A stretch of DNA of 64,000 bases from Octopus bimaculoides (GCF_001194135.2 NC_068982.1:156842733-156906732); one strand, 5' to 3'; shown: positions 1 through 13,465, numbered from the stretch's first letter. The notes: generated by a model not told the origin, from the letters alone. Numbers and translations are program-made.

Positions 1-629
1 TACATAATACATAATACAATAAAATATATTCGGTTAGAGTAAAAAAAAAATATGATAAATAATAAAGAAATCATGAGTAACAAGTTGTAAATAGCACTGA
101 ACGGTCTTTAAATTCGTAACATTTTACCGAAATATCTTTAGTATTCTTAGTTATGAATAGTGGCATTCAGAAATGACGTTAGTAATGTGTATATCACATA
201 GAGTGATAGCATTGTTCAGAGAAGACATAAATGATGTTGACATTATAATGTGGCTATATCGCATTGGTCCAGCTGAAATACAATAGCTATTGTTACTGCC
301 CTTAGGTGAGAGTTATCTTCCCATTACGCTTATGGTAATATTCCGCCTTTTGTCAGCAAACGTAAATGAAGAATGCTGAAGGCTAAATATGGATATGTAT
401 CTCAACTGTATTATCTACGTTATTTTCATATTCATTATAAAGCTTGTATTATAGGGCATTATTCATTCTATGTGTAAATATGATATATAAATATATATGT
501 ATTTCTCATTTTTCTCTCAATACACTCACAACATACACATAAACGTACACATAAGTATGTATTATATTCGTAAATGTGCATATTTCTGAATATACGCGCG
601 TAGTCCTATGTTTGTGTATATATTTATAC

Positions 630-830
630 GTAAGAAAATATAAATATACAAACATACATACATATATACATATATACATGCATACATACATACATACATA
701 CATACAAATATAAATATATATTTATATACATATATATATATATACATATATATATATGTATATATACACAGTACGGAAGCATATTCTTACTTTAATTTAC
801 ATTACGTGCAATATATATATATATATATAT
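630..830. repeat. Compound (TA)n/(TACA)n microsatellite
   Basis: Directly visible TA and TACA runs. Confidence 0.95.
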
Positions 831-1127
831 ACTTATAATAAACCTATACACAAAAATAAAACAACAAAGATACAAATATGTACAAAAGTAATACGCACAC
901 AAAATCACACGCATCCCACGCACACATGCACAAAGCCAAAGAAACAGACAAACTCACACACTCGCATAGAGTGATACCTGAGGTTTAGTAAACACACAAT
1001 TTTCTTTACTACTAAATGTAGATACTTTAGTTTATATCTAGTAACTTTTATCGAGTACCAATTTATCTAGTGCGTGCATTCAAGTACATATATATAATAC
1101 ACGCACACACATATATAACACAATAGG

Positions 1128-1172
1128 TCAAGGTGGTGCCTCAGTATGGCCAGAGTATAATGACTGCAAAAA
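1128..1172 (+). mobile_element. SINE family A, 3' tail fragment
   Basis: caaggtggtgcctcagtatggccagagtataatgactgcaa matches the tail of the full copies (aaggcggtgctccagcatggccgcagtcaaatgactgaaac; reverse complement of 8148-8185). Confidence 0.6.
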
Positions 1173-1260
1173 ACAAAACAAAAGATAGAGAGAGAGAGAG
1201 AGAGAGATAAGATAGATAAATAGATACGCATGCACACACATATATTCACACACATGAATG

Positions 1261-1294
<34 letters not shown>

Positions 1295-1827
1295 CATTAT
1301 TAATAAATCACAGGGTAGCCAAAAAATTCTAGAAATTTTATTTACTACTAGTGGTCTAGCGAGAAGAAAAAAATAGTCAAATAGACTATATATTATTCAT
1401 TTAAAATACAGAGATGCCTATAACAGGTCATCTAACCCGCCAGAAAGTGCAGCCAAAACCTCTATATCACAATTGGGGATAATTTCGAAAGAGAATGAAA
1501 AACAAAAAAAAATACATTTACCAATCTATTTTCTGAACCATGGTTTCAAGCTATTTTAGCAAAATAAAATATTTTGCAAGGTCAGCTATCGTCAGCGGAA
1601 CAACCTAGATTTAACATATAAACACGAGGCACTATATAGAAAACATGACTTGTGCTCATATGCTTAATTTTTCAAAATTTACCACGGATGTGCGCTTTAC
1701 CTTATCGGCAGCAAGTACAAAAAAACAAAAAAAACAATGCCGATTTTCTTTCAGAAATTAGCCGAAAAACATTTTATTATTATTGATAAATCAATTAAAG
1801 AAAAAAATATATATATGCATGCGGATC

Positions 1828-2300
1828 TTTTTATATGTTTTTTGCAGTCATTATACTCCGACCATGCTGGGGCACCACCTTGAGCTATTGTTTTAATTGA
1901 ATGAATCGACCCTAGTACTTATTTCTTGTCAAATCCAATACTTCCTCTATCGTTCTCTATTGTTCAACCGTTATTTTACGGGAATATAAACACACCAACA
2001 CCGGTTGTCTTGTGGTGGTGGTCGGACAAACATCAACTCAAAGACACACGCACGCAGAGAGAGAGAGACACACACACATGCGCATGCGCACATACGCATG
2101 CGCACATACGCATGCGCACATACGCATGCGCACATACGCACATATATATATACACAACGAGCTTCTTTGAATTTTCGTCTACCAAATCCACTCACAAGGT
2201 TTTGGTCGTCTACAATCGAAGACACTTGCCCAAGGTACCACACGGTGAATCGGAATCTGGAGATATGTGGTTGGGAAGTATGCTTCTTCCCACACAGCCT
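1828..2300 (-). mobile_element. tRNA-derived SINE family A, diverged full-length copy with internal microsatellite
   Basis: Colinear with the copies at 8138-8521 and 16514-16975: head ggctgtgtgg, CORE-like ccttgggcaagtgtctt, gtagacgaaaattcaaagaagc, internal GA/CA/14-mer repeats, tail gtggtgccccagcatgg. Confidence 0.9.
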
Positions 2301-2678
2301 TTTTAATTCACTCTAATTATCTTAATGACTCCTGATTTTTAACTATATATACATAAGAGCTTCATCCAAATGTAAATTTTGTATTATTTGATTTTCTGTT
2401 TGAAGAATTTCTCGTAGGAGATACCTTACATGTTCTCATTGTATGTACAATTCTGTAACTCCTATTAAGCAAGTAAAACGTATGTAATGGTGCGTATATA
2501 ATATCAAAATTTTTTCTAAGCTCATGTTTTCATATAAACTTACTCTGCAAAATTATATTATCCAGTATTTTCTTCTATTATGCATACCTCACATAAATGT
2601 AACATTTGCACACAGATTTGAAATACTGGATTAAGATGTGCTTCAAGGGGACCCAGCTTGGATTTTAACCCTATCTAC

Positions 2679-2681
<3 letters not shown>

Positions 2682-2766
<85 letters not shown>

Positions 2767-2792
2767 CTCTCTCTCTCTCATATATATATATA
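2682..2792. repeat. (CA)n about 40 units, followed by (CT)n and (TA)n
   Basis: Directly visible. Confidence 0.95.
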
Positions 2793-4004
2793 CGCACGCA
2801 CTTGGACAATCCCACACATACATACACAAGCATATAAATAAAGTTATCGAAATGTAAAGAAACTTTACTGTCTGATTTTAGTACGCATTCATTTAGCCTC
2901 ATGAAACCGTAGCGTTTGCTCCCTTTCCCAACAAAAGTATGATGGATTTGCTTAGTTCCAAAGCTATTAACACTATAGATTTATCAATAGCAATACTCTG
3001 TTATTTCCCAAATATCACAAGCTTCATTACCTATCCCACATATGCACTCGAAATTTGTGAGTAGTTATCAGCCAAAACGTTTTTCTATATATCAAGCAGT
3101 AGGGCAGCGATTATCAATATTTCTCGATTCCAGATATATAAAATAATATATTAAAAGGATTATGACGTATCAGTTTTTAAAAGGCTTACTAAATGTAAAA
3201 CGCTTAAATGGTTTAAAATAACTATGCATGAACGCGTTACACTTCGTTACAAATAGGCGCCCTTGTACCGGGGTGGTGCATTGAAAAAAGTTTCAAAAGT
3301 TCACGATACACCACAAACCACATGCGGCACGCAAGTATGTTACGAGACAGAGGTTAAAAACTTCTTAGGGTTTGATTTGTCCATGACTTGGGTGCTATTT
3401 CTAATATATCAGAAAAGAATGTAGAAATTCCCTCACTGATTCATGTTCTAAATGATTGCTGAACAGGGGTAAGGCAATCATATTTAACAAATAAAATTAA
3501 AAAATAGACGAACTAAGGGAAGTAATTCAAGTAGACTAGTATCATGAACTAACTTGAGAGAAAACTTATCATTTGTAGAAAGAGGAGAAAGAAACATTGT
3601 TACCGAATGAGAAATAAAGTAGATAATAGCAAGAAATTAGAAATTAAAGAAGATACAAAGTTGTTGCTTGATAAGAATATCAGGATTATCATAAAAGCAT
3701 GTAAAACATTTTTGAGAATAATTCTTAATGTCTCGAAATTATCTACCCTTGTTTTGAGGGTCAATAACAATTATTGAGAGATTTTGGTTTTATTTCTCCT
3801 AAAAATGAAGTAATCAATCTTGTTTCTGCAAATAAAGTCCAAATTTATCCCTAAGAATATAAATTGGGTTTTCCTTCCAGGAATATAAATTAGTTTATTT
3901 TAAAATTATTTCTTAGTTTCTTAAATTTTCTCTCCTCTTCAGCAAGAGACATTAACAGTGACTTCGAAGTTTTGTATTCTTTTAGCGCTTAAGAGGAAAA
4001 TTTA

Positions 4005-4205
4005 AGTTAATGGCGTGACAGAGGTATCTTTGTTAAACCAGACCAGAGATAAAATCTATCACTCAGGTTAGCCTTAATCAAGCAGATCTAGAACCAATGC
4101 CGTGGCCATCCTTTAGTACTATACACGTACGGCTACATTAACTACTGTTGCCATTGTTTTTTCTTCAGACAGTAGGTTGTAATGTGAGGGAATTCGACAT
4201 ATTTT
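4005..4205 (+). mobile_element. Dispersed repeat family D (unclassified, SINE-like); related pieces near 3365-3405, 14045-14080, 17820-17850, 39600-39690 and 40670-40795
   Basis: Shared degenerate motifs atcaagcagat..tgaccatcc and ttg(t/a)atttgagggagatttggctgctatttct recur at these sites. Confidence 0.5.
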
Positions 4206-4751
4206 TCCGATAAATTAGATGATTATATGTAGGCTTCCCCGTTGATAAGTGTGGTAATGATAGATATCAGAAGCGATATCAGTGATATTATTTGTTTGTT
4301 GAAAACTGTTTCGAAAACATAAGAATATTTATCAACTAGAAAGTTTCGTACATAAACACAAAATTATTGGATTAAATACAACGTGGTAAGAAAATTCATT
4401 TGAAGGTTAAAACATGGCAAAAATCTATTACATTCCAACTATTAATGAATACTATTTATCGTTTCTATACCATTCAATGATAGTGTTGCTTATTTCATGA
4501 TAAGAAAATATTTCTAATTTCCTGGCAGCAAAAACAAATAGCATACAAGGTAACATGTCTTATCGGAATACAAGAATATTTTTCACAAACTGAAATCTCA
4601 AAGGTTGAATTAGAGAAGATAGTGTGTGATACAATAAGAAACAAAATAGAGTACCAAAACAAAAATGAAAATTCAGCTTTTTCTAGCAAATATTTGTTCT
4701 AGGGTAAAAATAACTGAGATATACTGATTTCATTTTTATATACACATAACT

Positions 4752-4952
4752 CTCCCTCTCTCTCCCTCTCTCTCCCTCTCTCATTCTCTCTCCCTCTCTC
4801 ATTCTCTCTCCCTTTCTCATTCTCTCTCCCTCTTTCATTCTCTCTCCGTCTCTCATTTTCTCTCCCTCTCTCATTTTCTCTTTCCTTCTCTCTTTCCCTC
4901 TCTCCTCTCTCCTTCTTTCTCTCTTTCTCTCTCCTTCTCTCTCACTCTCTCT
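4752..4952. repeat. CT-rich minisatellite with an 18-bp period (ctctcattctctctccct), about 6 copies, decaying into (CT)n
   Basis: Directly visible; it produces the spurious REGERM-repeat ORF at 4683-4874. Confidence 0.85.
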
Positions 4953-5898
4953 GTATATGTATATATGCAGGTGGTGTATGTGTATAAATACTTACCTATG
5001 TACATATGTATCTTATCTCCCTATACATACATATATGTGATTGTGAAAGTGTGTGTATGTATCATTAAACAGAGACTCATACGATTTCACACATAAATGA
5101 ATTTATTGTGCATCTATGTGCATTAAAGAGGCACAAAAGGAAAGTATTGTTATATATCTAACTTCCAGAAACACGAACTGTTCAGAGCATATAATATATG
5201 TTCATGTTAATATACAAGACTAGTTATTTTTTTATTTTGTTAATCTACAGGATTACATTTGAGGAGGTTGCTAGAAACCCAACAGGATTAAAATCAAAAC
5301 CAGTCAAAAGTACGGATGAACCTAATTTCGGTTCAACGACCATCTAGCAATATAAAGGGCCCTCAGAAATCCCGGGTTATTGTCCGTCGTGCTGGAAGAC
5401 TACGGTAAGTGAGGCACTCCATAGCGTTTATTAAAGCATGTCTCTAGGAGAAGGTCACTCTGATATCAGATCAGGTATGTAGGGAATGGCATTGAAGTTT
5501 TTTGAGAGCTTTTGGTTGAGCAAAAGATCATGGCACTCCCACGTTCGTGAGTATGCACTCTGGCTTCTCTTTGTATCATTTAAGTACGATGGAGAGGATC
5601 TGTGAGGTGTTATGCAAGCCTTATTGGACCTAATACTTTACATTGTGCAATCGCAGGTCGAATAGGAGGGCATCGCATCTAGTATGGAAGCTGCGGGTGC
5701 GACATGGATGAGTCTGATCGTAGGAGCAATAATATCATGCACGGGTTTTGCTTGTGGTTTGCATGAGCAATGGTCAGCAATGGTCTTTCTCGGTCAGGAG
5801 TGGGTAGCCATCATTTACGTATGCATATATTTGTGAATATTTACATTCTGCGCATACTTTTCTGTGGGTATGTACACACATGGGCGCGCATATATATG

Positions 5899-5990
<92 letters not shown>

Positions 5991-6184
5991 TATAATTCTG
6001 TGTCTTTTGAAACGTGCATGTACATATAGAAAGCCAGATGAATGTACTATTTGTCTAGAGAAAACTTCTCGTATTGAGGTGTAGTGCTAAATGGCATAGA
6101 GGTCTATCAGTATCAGACAAACGTTTCCAGCAGGGGTTGTAAAATTGCTAAACCATGATTATTATGTCTTTGGACATCATCAGC

Positions 6185-6587
6185 AGCAACTATCGACTAT
6201 CCAAGATCAGTTCATGAATTTTCGACGTTTTCATTCGTTCGGCATGTCGACGGTGGCCCTGAACGAGATTGGTCTTCAAGCGACAAGTGACCATTCCCGA
6301 AGCGTCGAAACATCTCCTTAGCTTGTGTTTTGCTTATGACAGCGTTCTTTGAAGCAGTTTGAAGTACGACAACTATTTCGGCTGACGTTTTCTCCAGCAA
6401 AAATTGATGAATGGAGAAGCACTTCAAGACAAAGACGCACCACGTGGCAGTACGGCTCAACTCAACGAGGCAGGTTGGCAGACTTATGTCTGAGGGTTTC
6501 ATCAAGTCGCTTCTAGCAGCAGAAGCCTGAACTACAGCAGGTTTGACCCACAGAGAACGATCCCGCTTAGCTTTGGGTAACTCTTCG
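6185..6587 (-). mobile_element. Mariner (Tc1/mariner) 5' remnant with the N-terminal HTH of the transposase
   Basis: Minus-strand translation KTSAEIVVVLQTASKNAVISKTQAKEMFRRFGNGHLSLEDQSRSGPPSTCRTNENVE..HELILDSR fits the mariner N-terminus (EDxxRSGRP motif). The end TA|CGAAGAGTTACCCAAAG resembles a mariner TIR start. Confidence 0.85.
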
Positions 6588-6616
6588 TATGATTGTGCGT
6601 CTTATGTTTAAAAAAT

Positions 6617-6655
<39 letters not shown>

Positions 6656-6894
6656 CTGTATATGTGTGCATGTGAATATGTGTATGCGTATATGTGTGCA
6701 TGAATGCATATGTGCATGTGGATGTGAATGCCGTCTTCGAAATAGGTTGCGCATTGCAAGTGAGTAATTCAACTGTACTTTAAAATATTTTGGAAACTTT
6801 ATTATAATGGGGACTTCTCTGTCAAACAGTTGTTTGCAAAATCTATAGCGACAATGAAGATCTCAATAGTATTAAAAATAATAATTACGATAAC

Positions 6895-6903
6895 AACGAC
6901 GAT

Positions 6904-6943
<40 letters not shown>

Positions 6944-7122
6944 GTTGTCGTCGTCGTTATTATTATTATTATTATTATTATTGATGATGATGATGTTGAA
7001 GATAATGGCGCTATTAATCATAAGTTTCGAACGGGGTGGAATAGAAAGGCAGAGAAAGAGAATAGTCGAAGTATAAATGGAAACATGAGAAAATAGCAAA
7101 TGAAATATAATGGTGGTGGTGG

Positions 7123-7172
<50 letters not shown>

Positions 7173-7200
7173 TTGTTGTTGTCGTTGTTGTTGTTCCCGT
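6895..7200. repeat. Compound trinucleotide microsatellites (CAT, TAT, GAT, GTT)
   Basis: Directly visible. Confidence 0.95.
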
Positions 7201-7339
7201 TGTTTTTATAATTCGAAATGCTAGAAGAACAAGAATAACAATAAAAATGATAACAAAGACGATAATAATTTAATTAGTCTGCTTCTTTGCCAATTTCAGC
7301 ACTATTATAATATTAATCAAAGGCTGTGTAAAAAGAAAG

Positions 7340-7340
7340 T

Positions 7341-7418
<78 letters not shown>

Positions 7419-7520
7419 NNNNNNNNNNGAGAGTGAGAGAGAGAGAGAGGGAGAGAGAGTGAGAGAGAGGGAGAGAGAGAGAGAGATAGAGAGAGAAAGA
7501 GAGAGAGAGAGAAAAAAACA
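7340..7520. repeat. (GA)n microsatellite spanning a 10-N gap
   Basis: Directly visible. Confidence 0.95.
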
Positions 7521-7739
7521 GAGAGGGAGAGAGAGGAAAAGAAAGGAGAGAAAGAAGAAAAGAAAAGGGTTAGAAAAGAAGACAAAGAAAGGAAGGAAAT
7601 AACTAAAGAGACAATTATGACCTAATACATTTTTCTTCTTCTTTTAATTGTATTATTTTTTTCTCAATAAGGATATGGAATCAAGAGATTTATGTAGCGA
7701 AATACCCTGGAAAGTTTATGGGGGCAGTGACAAAAAGTG

Positions 7740-7801
7740 GTAGCAGTAGAAGTAGTAGTAGCAGTAGTAGTCGAAATAGTAGTAGTAGTAATAGCAGCAT
7801 C

Positions 7802-7851
<50 letters not shown>

Positions 7852-7883
7852 CAGCATCAGTAGTAGTAGTACAAGCAGCAGCG

Positions 7884-7920
<37 letters not shown>

Positions 7921-7925
7921 TAGTA
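7740..7925. repeat. (TAG)n/(CAG)n compound microsatellite
   Basis: Directly visible. Confidence 0.95.
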
Positions 7926-8137
7926 GATCCGCGCAGGCAACCGTTCCCTGTCGGTGCATTGGTGATTTTCGGGTTTATGTTGAACAATTATCAGTGTTAG
8001 CAATAAGAATCAACCGGCTAACAATCAGTGTACTGTAAAGATTGATGCACCACTTTTATTTTGCGTGGTGGGCGGGGTGGATTTGAAGAAAACGGGTAGA
8101 CTTGCACTGATTAGTGAGTATACTCTTTCTTTTTTTT

Positions 8138-8521
8138 TACTCTTTTATTTGTTTCAGTCATTTGACTGCGGCCATGCTGGAGCACCGCCTTTAGTCGAGC
8201 AAATCGACCCCAGGACTTATTCTTTGGAAGCCTAGTACTTATTCTATCGGTCTCTTTCGCCGAACCGCAAAGTTACGGGGACATAAACACACCAGCATCG
8301 GTTGACAAGCGATGTTGGGGGTACAAACACAGACACACAAACACACATATATATATACATATACATATATACGACGGGCTTCTTTCAGTTTCCAGTCACA
8401 AGACTTTGGTCGGCCCGAGGCTATAGTAGAAAACACTTGCCCAAGGTGCCACGCAGTGGGACTGAACCCGGAGACGTGTGGTTGGTAAGCAAGCTACTTA
8501 CCACACAGCCACTCCTGCGCC
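8138..8521 (-). mobile_element. SINE family A, well-preserved copy with a small internal deletion
   Basis: Reverse complement begins gcgcaggagtggctgtgtggtaagtagcttgc, with A-box-like tggctgtgtgg and B-box-like gggttcagtcc. It also has CORE-like ccttgggcaagtg, an internal TA/TG tract and the tail gactgaaacaaataaaagagta. It lacks the cgtctaccaaatccac segment seen in other copies. Confidence 0.95.
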
Positions 8522-8983
8522 TATATGATGAAAGAAATTGTAGTGAACGTCGATAATAAATCTAAGTAGAGGGCTCTTCTTTTCAGACCAAATCCTCAGC
8601 AATTTCTTCAAGTTTCACTTGAGGATTAAGGTAAGGTGAGACGGAGAGAGAAGGAGGGCTGTAATTAAAGACAATGAAGGAGGGGAGAAAAGGAGAGATA
8701 GAGATAGAGAGGGTGGGAAGAGAATAATGCTCTCATAGTGAAAATTTCACGGAAGTTCGGTTGTGCGCAGCAAATTTGGAATGGCTGAAGAGTTTAATGT
8801 TGTGCATCCAAAAGTCGAGGGCAAGATCAGGAATAAAATCCTTTGTCTTTGCTGTGTTAGATTAATCCGGAATTGTGTGTGAGATATTTGGAATTATACT
8901 ATATGTTTTCTCCCCGTTCCTGCAATCTCCTAATACTGTACTTTTGGTGTTCCATAACGTTATCATAATTAATTGCGTATAAT

Positions 8984-9166
8984 GAGGCGAGCTGTCAGAA
9001 ACGTTACTGCGTCGGAGAAAATGCTTCGCTGCATTTCTTCCGACTTCACATTGTGAGATCATATGCCACCGAGGGAGAATTTGTCTTCCAAGTACTAGTT
9101 GAGTACAGGTATCGATGTGATCGATTAGCCAACTCCTACAAAATTTCAGGCTTCGTTCGTATAGGA
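8984..9166 (+). mobile_element. tRNA-derived SINE family B, diverged copy
   Basis: aggcgagctgtcagaaacgtta head and caaaatttcaggc tail, colinear with 26661-26883 and 40934-41157. Confidence 0.8.
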
Positions 9167-9321
9167 TTCTCGATGTGAACTTCCGAATCTTTCTTCTTTG
9201 TTGTATTATTTTGTATTTCACATTGCCGGTGCCTCCATCTCCTGCTAGATTATCCTTTACAATCATCCGTACTTTCATTCGTACACATCCATACGATCAT
9301 TTAACGCAGCAGCTGCGAGTT

Positions 9322-9515
9322 AGAAGAAGCCACGTGGTTAAGGAAGATCTCCAGAGACTGGACGTCAGTTTGAAAGATGCTGAGGGGCCGGCACGGGTCC
9401 GCCAGCAATAGGAAGCACTGGTGGACCTGGTCGGCTCTATTCATAATGTCTCTGGGACCACTGAGCTGCGATGATCCTAGTCTCATCAAGCAAGGGTAAG
9501 CAGCAAACAAACAAC
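9322..9515 (+). mobile_element. 3' end of an RTE-like LINE
   Basis: Translation RRSHVVKEDLQRLDVSLKDAEGPARVRQQ*EALVDLVG resembles RTE ORF C-termini (..W.D.VKEDL......A.DR..WR..V). It is followed by a short UTR and a (caaa)n tail. Confidence 0.6.
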
Positions 9516-9549
9516 ATCTTGTGGCCAATAAAAAAAAATGCTCTTCCTC

Positions 9550-9583
9550 ATCGTCATCGTCATCATCATCACCAAAAAGAACT

Positions 9584-9614
<31 letters not shown>

Positions 9615-10450
9615 CCAGCACCACCAACACGACCAGCAGGACCACTACCACCACCACCATCACCAGTTCGACGACCACCAGGACGACGACCACCAGNNNN
9701 NNNNNNNNNNNNNNNNNNNNNNNNNNNNNNNNNNNNNNNNNNNNNNNNNNNNNNNNNNNNNNNNNNNNNNNNNNNNNNNNNNNNNNNNNNNNNNNNNNCC
9801 ACCACCACCACCACCACCACCGTCATCACCACCACTATCATCATCACCATCACCGCAACTGCCACTGCCCCGATATCATATTTCTTTAGTAAAATGTTAG
9901 ATTGTGATAATGGTAATGATTATGATGATGGTTGCGAAGTTTTTGGGTTGGAGGTGGTGCTAATTTCTCTGGTCGCTGTGATGTGGGTGTGTGTTGTTAA
10001 TGACGATAATGGAGTTGAAGTTGGTGCCGTTGATGACGGTGATGGTAGTGTTAGTAGTGGTGTTGCACTGCTGCTGTTGCTGCTGCAGCTGATGATGATG
10101 ATGATAAACATTATCGTCATTATAATTATAATCGTCATCATCATATTCGTAGCTTTTCATACTAATTCTAGTGTCGCTGTTGTTGATGATAAAAGGAGGA
10201 TGGTGGAGGGGTGATGATAATGTTGGGTGTCGAAGGTTGTGATGATTGTTGGTGCTGTGGTAGTGACGGTGGTGAAAACTGAAAATGGTGGTAGAACTAG
10301 AAATAGTGTTGATAATGATAACAATTGTATCGGTGTTGGTAATGATGTGGATGATTATGATGATATTCATGATGATGGTGAGGACGATGAATGATGGCGG
10401 TGACGACGGCAACCATTGTGCTTCTAATGGTGTTATTAGTACAATTTGCT
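9550..10450. repeat. Degenerate trinucleotide mosaic (CAC, CAT, CAA, GAT, GGT) with an N-gap
   Basis: Directly visible low-complexity sequence. Confidence 0.9.
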
Positions 10451-11658
10451 GTTGTTGTTATTCTGATTCTTCTTCTTTGAATTTTTGTCTCTATTCGTTT
10501 GAGTTTTGTTTCTATTTTGTTTATAACGCTCGAACTTCGTTTGTTCTCTTCAGTATTCAACTAAGACGGCATTAAGCAGACGACAACTTAGTGACTACAT
10601 GTTACAGTCCTTTTCGCTGACAAATCAGTGTGGGCCTTTCTAAATTCTATTCCATTATATCATATTCACGTCTCTTCTTTCATGTTTCATTTAATCGGTA
10701 TTTTTGGCGACAGCTTCTTGGTAGCTTTATTCCCTCCCTTTTTGTATTAATTTTCTTTTCTTTTCTTATTCATTTATTTTTTTCTTTCTTTCGTTGGAGG
10801 AGAGGCGGGTTTCATTATTAAATGTCTTCTGCTTTCTTGCTTTCATTTCAACTTTCTTTTTGTATGGTAATCATTTATTTTCTTTACATTTTGCTCTTTG
10901 AAGGACGACCATTCTTTCATTTCCATCCATATTTTTCTCTTACGAATTGCATTGGCATGCTGTTTCCTCCTCCCTTATATCGTTCTGTCTGTTTCTCTCT
11001 CTCACTTTCATACTCTCTCTCTCTGCTTCAGTTAACCTATTCCTTCATTTTTCTATGCTCTCTGTCTCTGTCTCTCTGTTTTCCCTAACACTTTCTCTTC
11101 CTCTTCCTCCCTCGCTTTTCCAGCCTTCGTTCTCTTACTCTGCTTTTGATTTGGTCTCTCTCTCCCCTCTCCTCTTTCTCACTTTCTGCATCTCATTCTC
11201 TTCTCTTTTTTTCCTTTTCTCTTTTCTGTCGCCTCCGTCTCACCCAACGCTTCAACTCATCCATATTTCACTCTCTTCTTTATCTATTAGAATCACTAAA
11301 GGCTGATTATCTCAAAATCACTTACTTCAATGTTTTGTAACAAGCACAATCAGAATTTTAATTGTCAAAAAGCCAAGCATGATTACTGTTCTACGGAAGT
11401 TATGCTGTCTTCACATTAGAGTTCATAATAGATAGGCTCAACCCCGTCTCCTCGCTGCCGCCACCACCACCACCACCACCACCACAACAACAATAACAAC
11501 AGCAATAACCCCCACTCTCACCATCTCCACAGACAATAACACCATCACCACAAACAAAACAAACAAAAAAAAAACAAACAAACGATAAAAGACTTCTGCA
11601 CATCTTAAAAAATAAACTTATGTATCAAGCTTATGTAATGTAGGAATATAGGAGGTGG

Positions 11659-11842
<184 letters not shown>

Positions 11843-12353
11843 AAGGATTTCAAATTTTGGCACAAGGCCAGCAATTTCGAGAGAGGAGATAAATCAATTA
11901 TGTCGAAACAAGTGTTCAGCTGCTATTTGCTTTATCAACACCGAAAGCATGAAAGTTAAAGTCGACCTCAATGGAATTTGAACTCAGAACCAAAAGATAG
12001 ACGAAATGCTGCAAAGCATTTTGCCTCACGTGCAGGCCAACGACTTCGGGGGAGGAGTACGTCATTTATATCACCCCTGTAGTCTAATTTTTTTGTATTT
12101 ATCGGACCCAAAAAGACGAAAAGTAAAGTCAACCTCAGCGGAATTTGAACTCAGAACAAAAAGACAGACGAAATGCCGCAAAGTATTTTGCCAGACGTGC
12201 AGGCCAGCGACTTCGGGGAAGAGTACGTCGATTATATTGCCCCAATAGTCTAGTTTTGTTTTTTATTTATCGGCGCCAAAAGGACGAAAAGTAAAGTCGA
12301 CCTCAGCGGAATTTGAACTCAGAACCCAGCGTGCCAAAGATTCTACTAGCTCG
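11843..12353 (-). mobile_element. SINE family B head-to-tail trimer, period about 167 bp
   Basis: gaatttgaactcagaac (reverse complement of the B-box region) occurs at 11974, 12141 and 12309. Only the rightmost unit keeps the 5' head and only the leftmost keeps the 3' tail. Confidence 0.9.
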
Positions 12354-12442
12354 TCAGGATTTAATCTCACGACGTAAAAAATCCTGCTGCTGATGGAATT
12401 GTTTCTAACTAAAGATCAGATTCCAAATCTAAAGGAAAAGAA

Positions 12443-12553
12443 AATCGATTATTCTGACTCCAGTTTTGCAATTATTTTATCGACCCGATCAGATGAATTA
12501 CAAAGTTAAATTTTTGGTAATTGAACTTAGAAGGTAAATCGCCAGCTCCGCCA
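12443..12553 (-). mobile_element. SINE family B, heavily degraded fragment
   Basis: tttatcgacccg..gatgaattacaaagtt..ttgaacttagaa..gccagctccgcc is colinear with family B. Confidence 0.6.
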
Positions 12554-13122
12554 ATACTGTCATTCCAGTACAGATCTGATAATTCCCATTTTCGGCAAAA
12601 AGTTCTATGTTAATAATGAAAATTTATAACATAGAATGCGATTACGATCTACAATATCAATAATATTAGTTAATTATAAATATTTGTAAGGCAGCCCATG
12701 TTTATAGCGCATTATATTATGGATAGCGTATGACTGCTATAGGTTGATTTTAATGAAAGGAAATTTGATGGAGAGCATCTTTGATACCATCCACCAGAGT
12801 ACTTTGTTGGTGCATATGTTATCGACTTTGACATTGTCGCATTCAAAATTTAAAAAAATTGAGATGTGTGTAGTGATATGATACCGTAAAGATTCACCTT
12901 TATCGCCGCTTCCAAGATATTTCATGCAATGCTCTAAATATTCTGGCTGTCCACTGCCTTCGAATCGTTTCATTAACCACACTATAAATTCAGTTAATGT
13001 ACCATCGCGCTAAAGATTCTCACAATTCACAGCCCTCGTGGCATCTCGTCTATCACAAAATAGAAAGTTTCTGCCAATTCGTCGCTCTCCTGAAGCCTTG
13101 CTCGCCGTTTTGTTTTATATAC

Positions 13123-13423
13123 ACTGGTATTCCGTCGCTTACCACGACGAGTGTTGATCCGATCAACGGGGTAGCCTGCTCATTGAATTAATGTGCATGT
13201 GGCTGAGCACTTCACAATTACGTGTACCCTTAACGTAGTTCTCAGGGAGATTCAGCGTGACACAGAGCGGGACAAGGTTGGCCCTTTGAAATAAAGGTAC
13301 TACTCGTTTTTGCCAGTTGAGTGCACTGAAACAGCGTGAAATAAAGTGTCTTGCTCAAGGACACTACCCACCACTCTAAGATCGTGAGCCGAATACCCTA
13401 ACCACTAAGCCACGCGTCTTCAC
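13123..13423 (-). mobile_element. tRNA-derived SINE family C (CORE-like)
   Basis: Reverse complement: gtgaagacgcgtggcttagtggttaggg (A-box), gtgtccttgagcaagacactttatttcac (CORE-like), and a distinct body and tail ending cgacggaataccagt. Confidence 0.85.
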
Positions 13424-13439
13424 GCGCCTATATATGTTT

Positions 13440-13465
13440 ATACACACACACACACACACACATAA

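Noticed and set aside
5251-5404. Plus-strand exon-like segment (ctacag| ... |gtaagt) in a GC-richer block (5250-5815)
   Set aside because: Stops in all three frames. The block may be an old LINE 3' relic on the minus strand (KNFNAIPYIPDL), but I could not support that.
8440-8521. tRNA-like A/B boxes at SINE heads
   Set aside because: These are SINE promoters with no complete cloverleaf, so I did not call tRNA genes.
9471-10214. Pro/Thr/His-rich 247-aa ORF
   Set aside because: Translation of a trinucleotide mosaic plus an N-gap; all frames give homopolymeric peptides.
11843-12353. Regularly spaced repeats as a CRISPR-like array
   Set aside because: The units are whole SINE fragments without unique spacers, in eukaryotic DNA.
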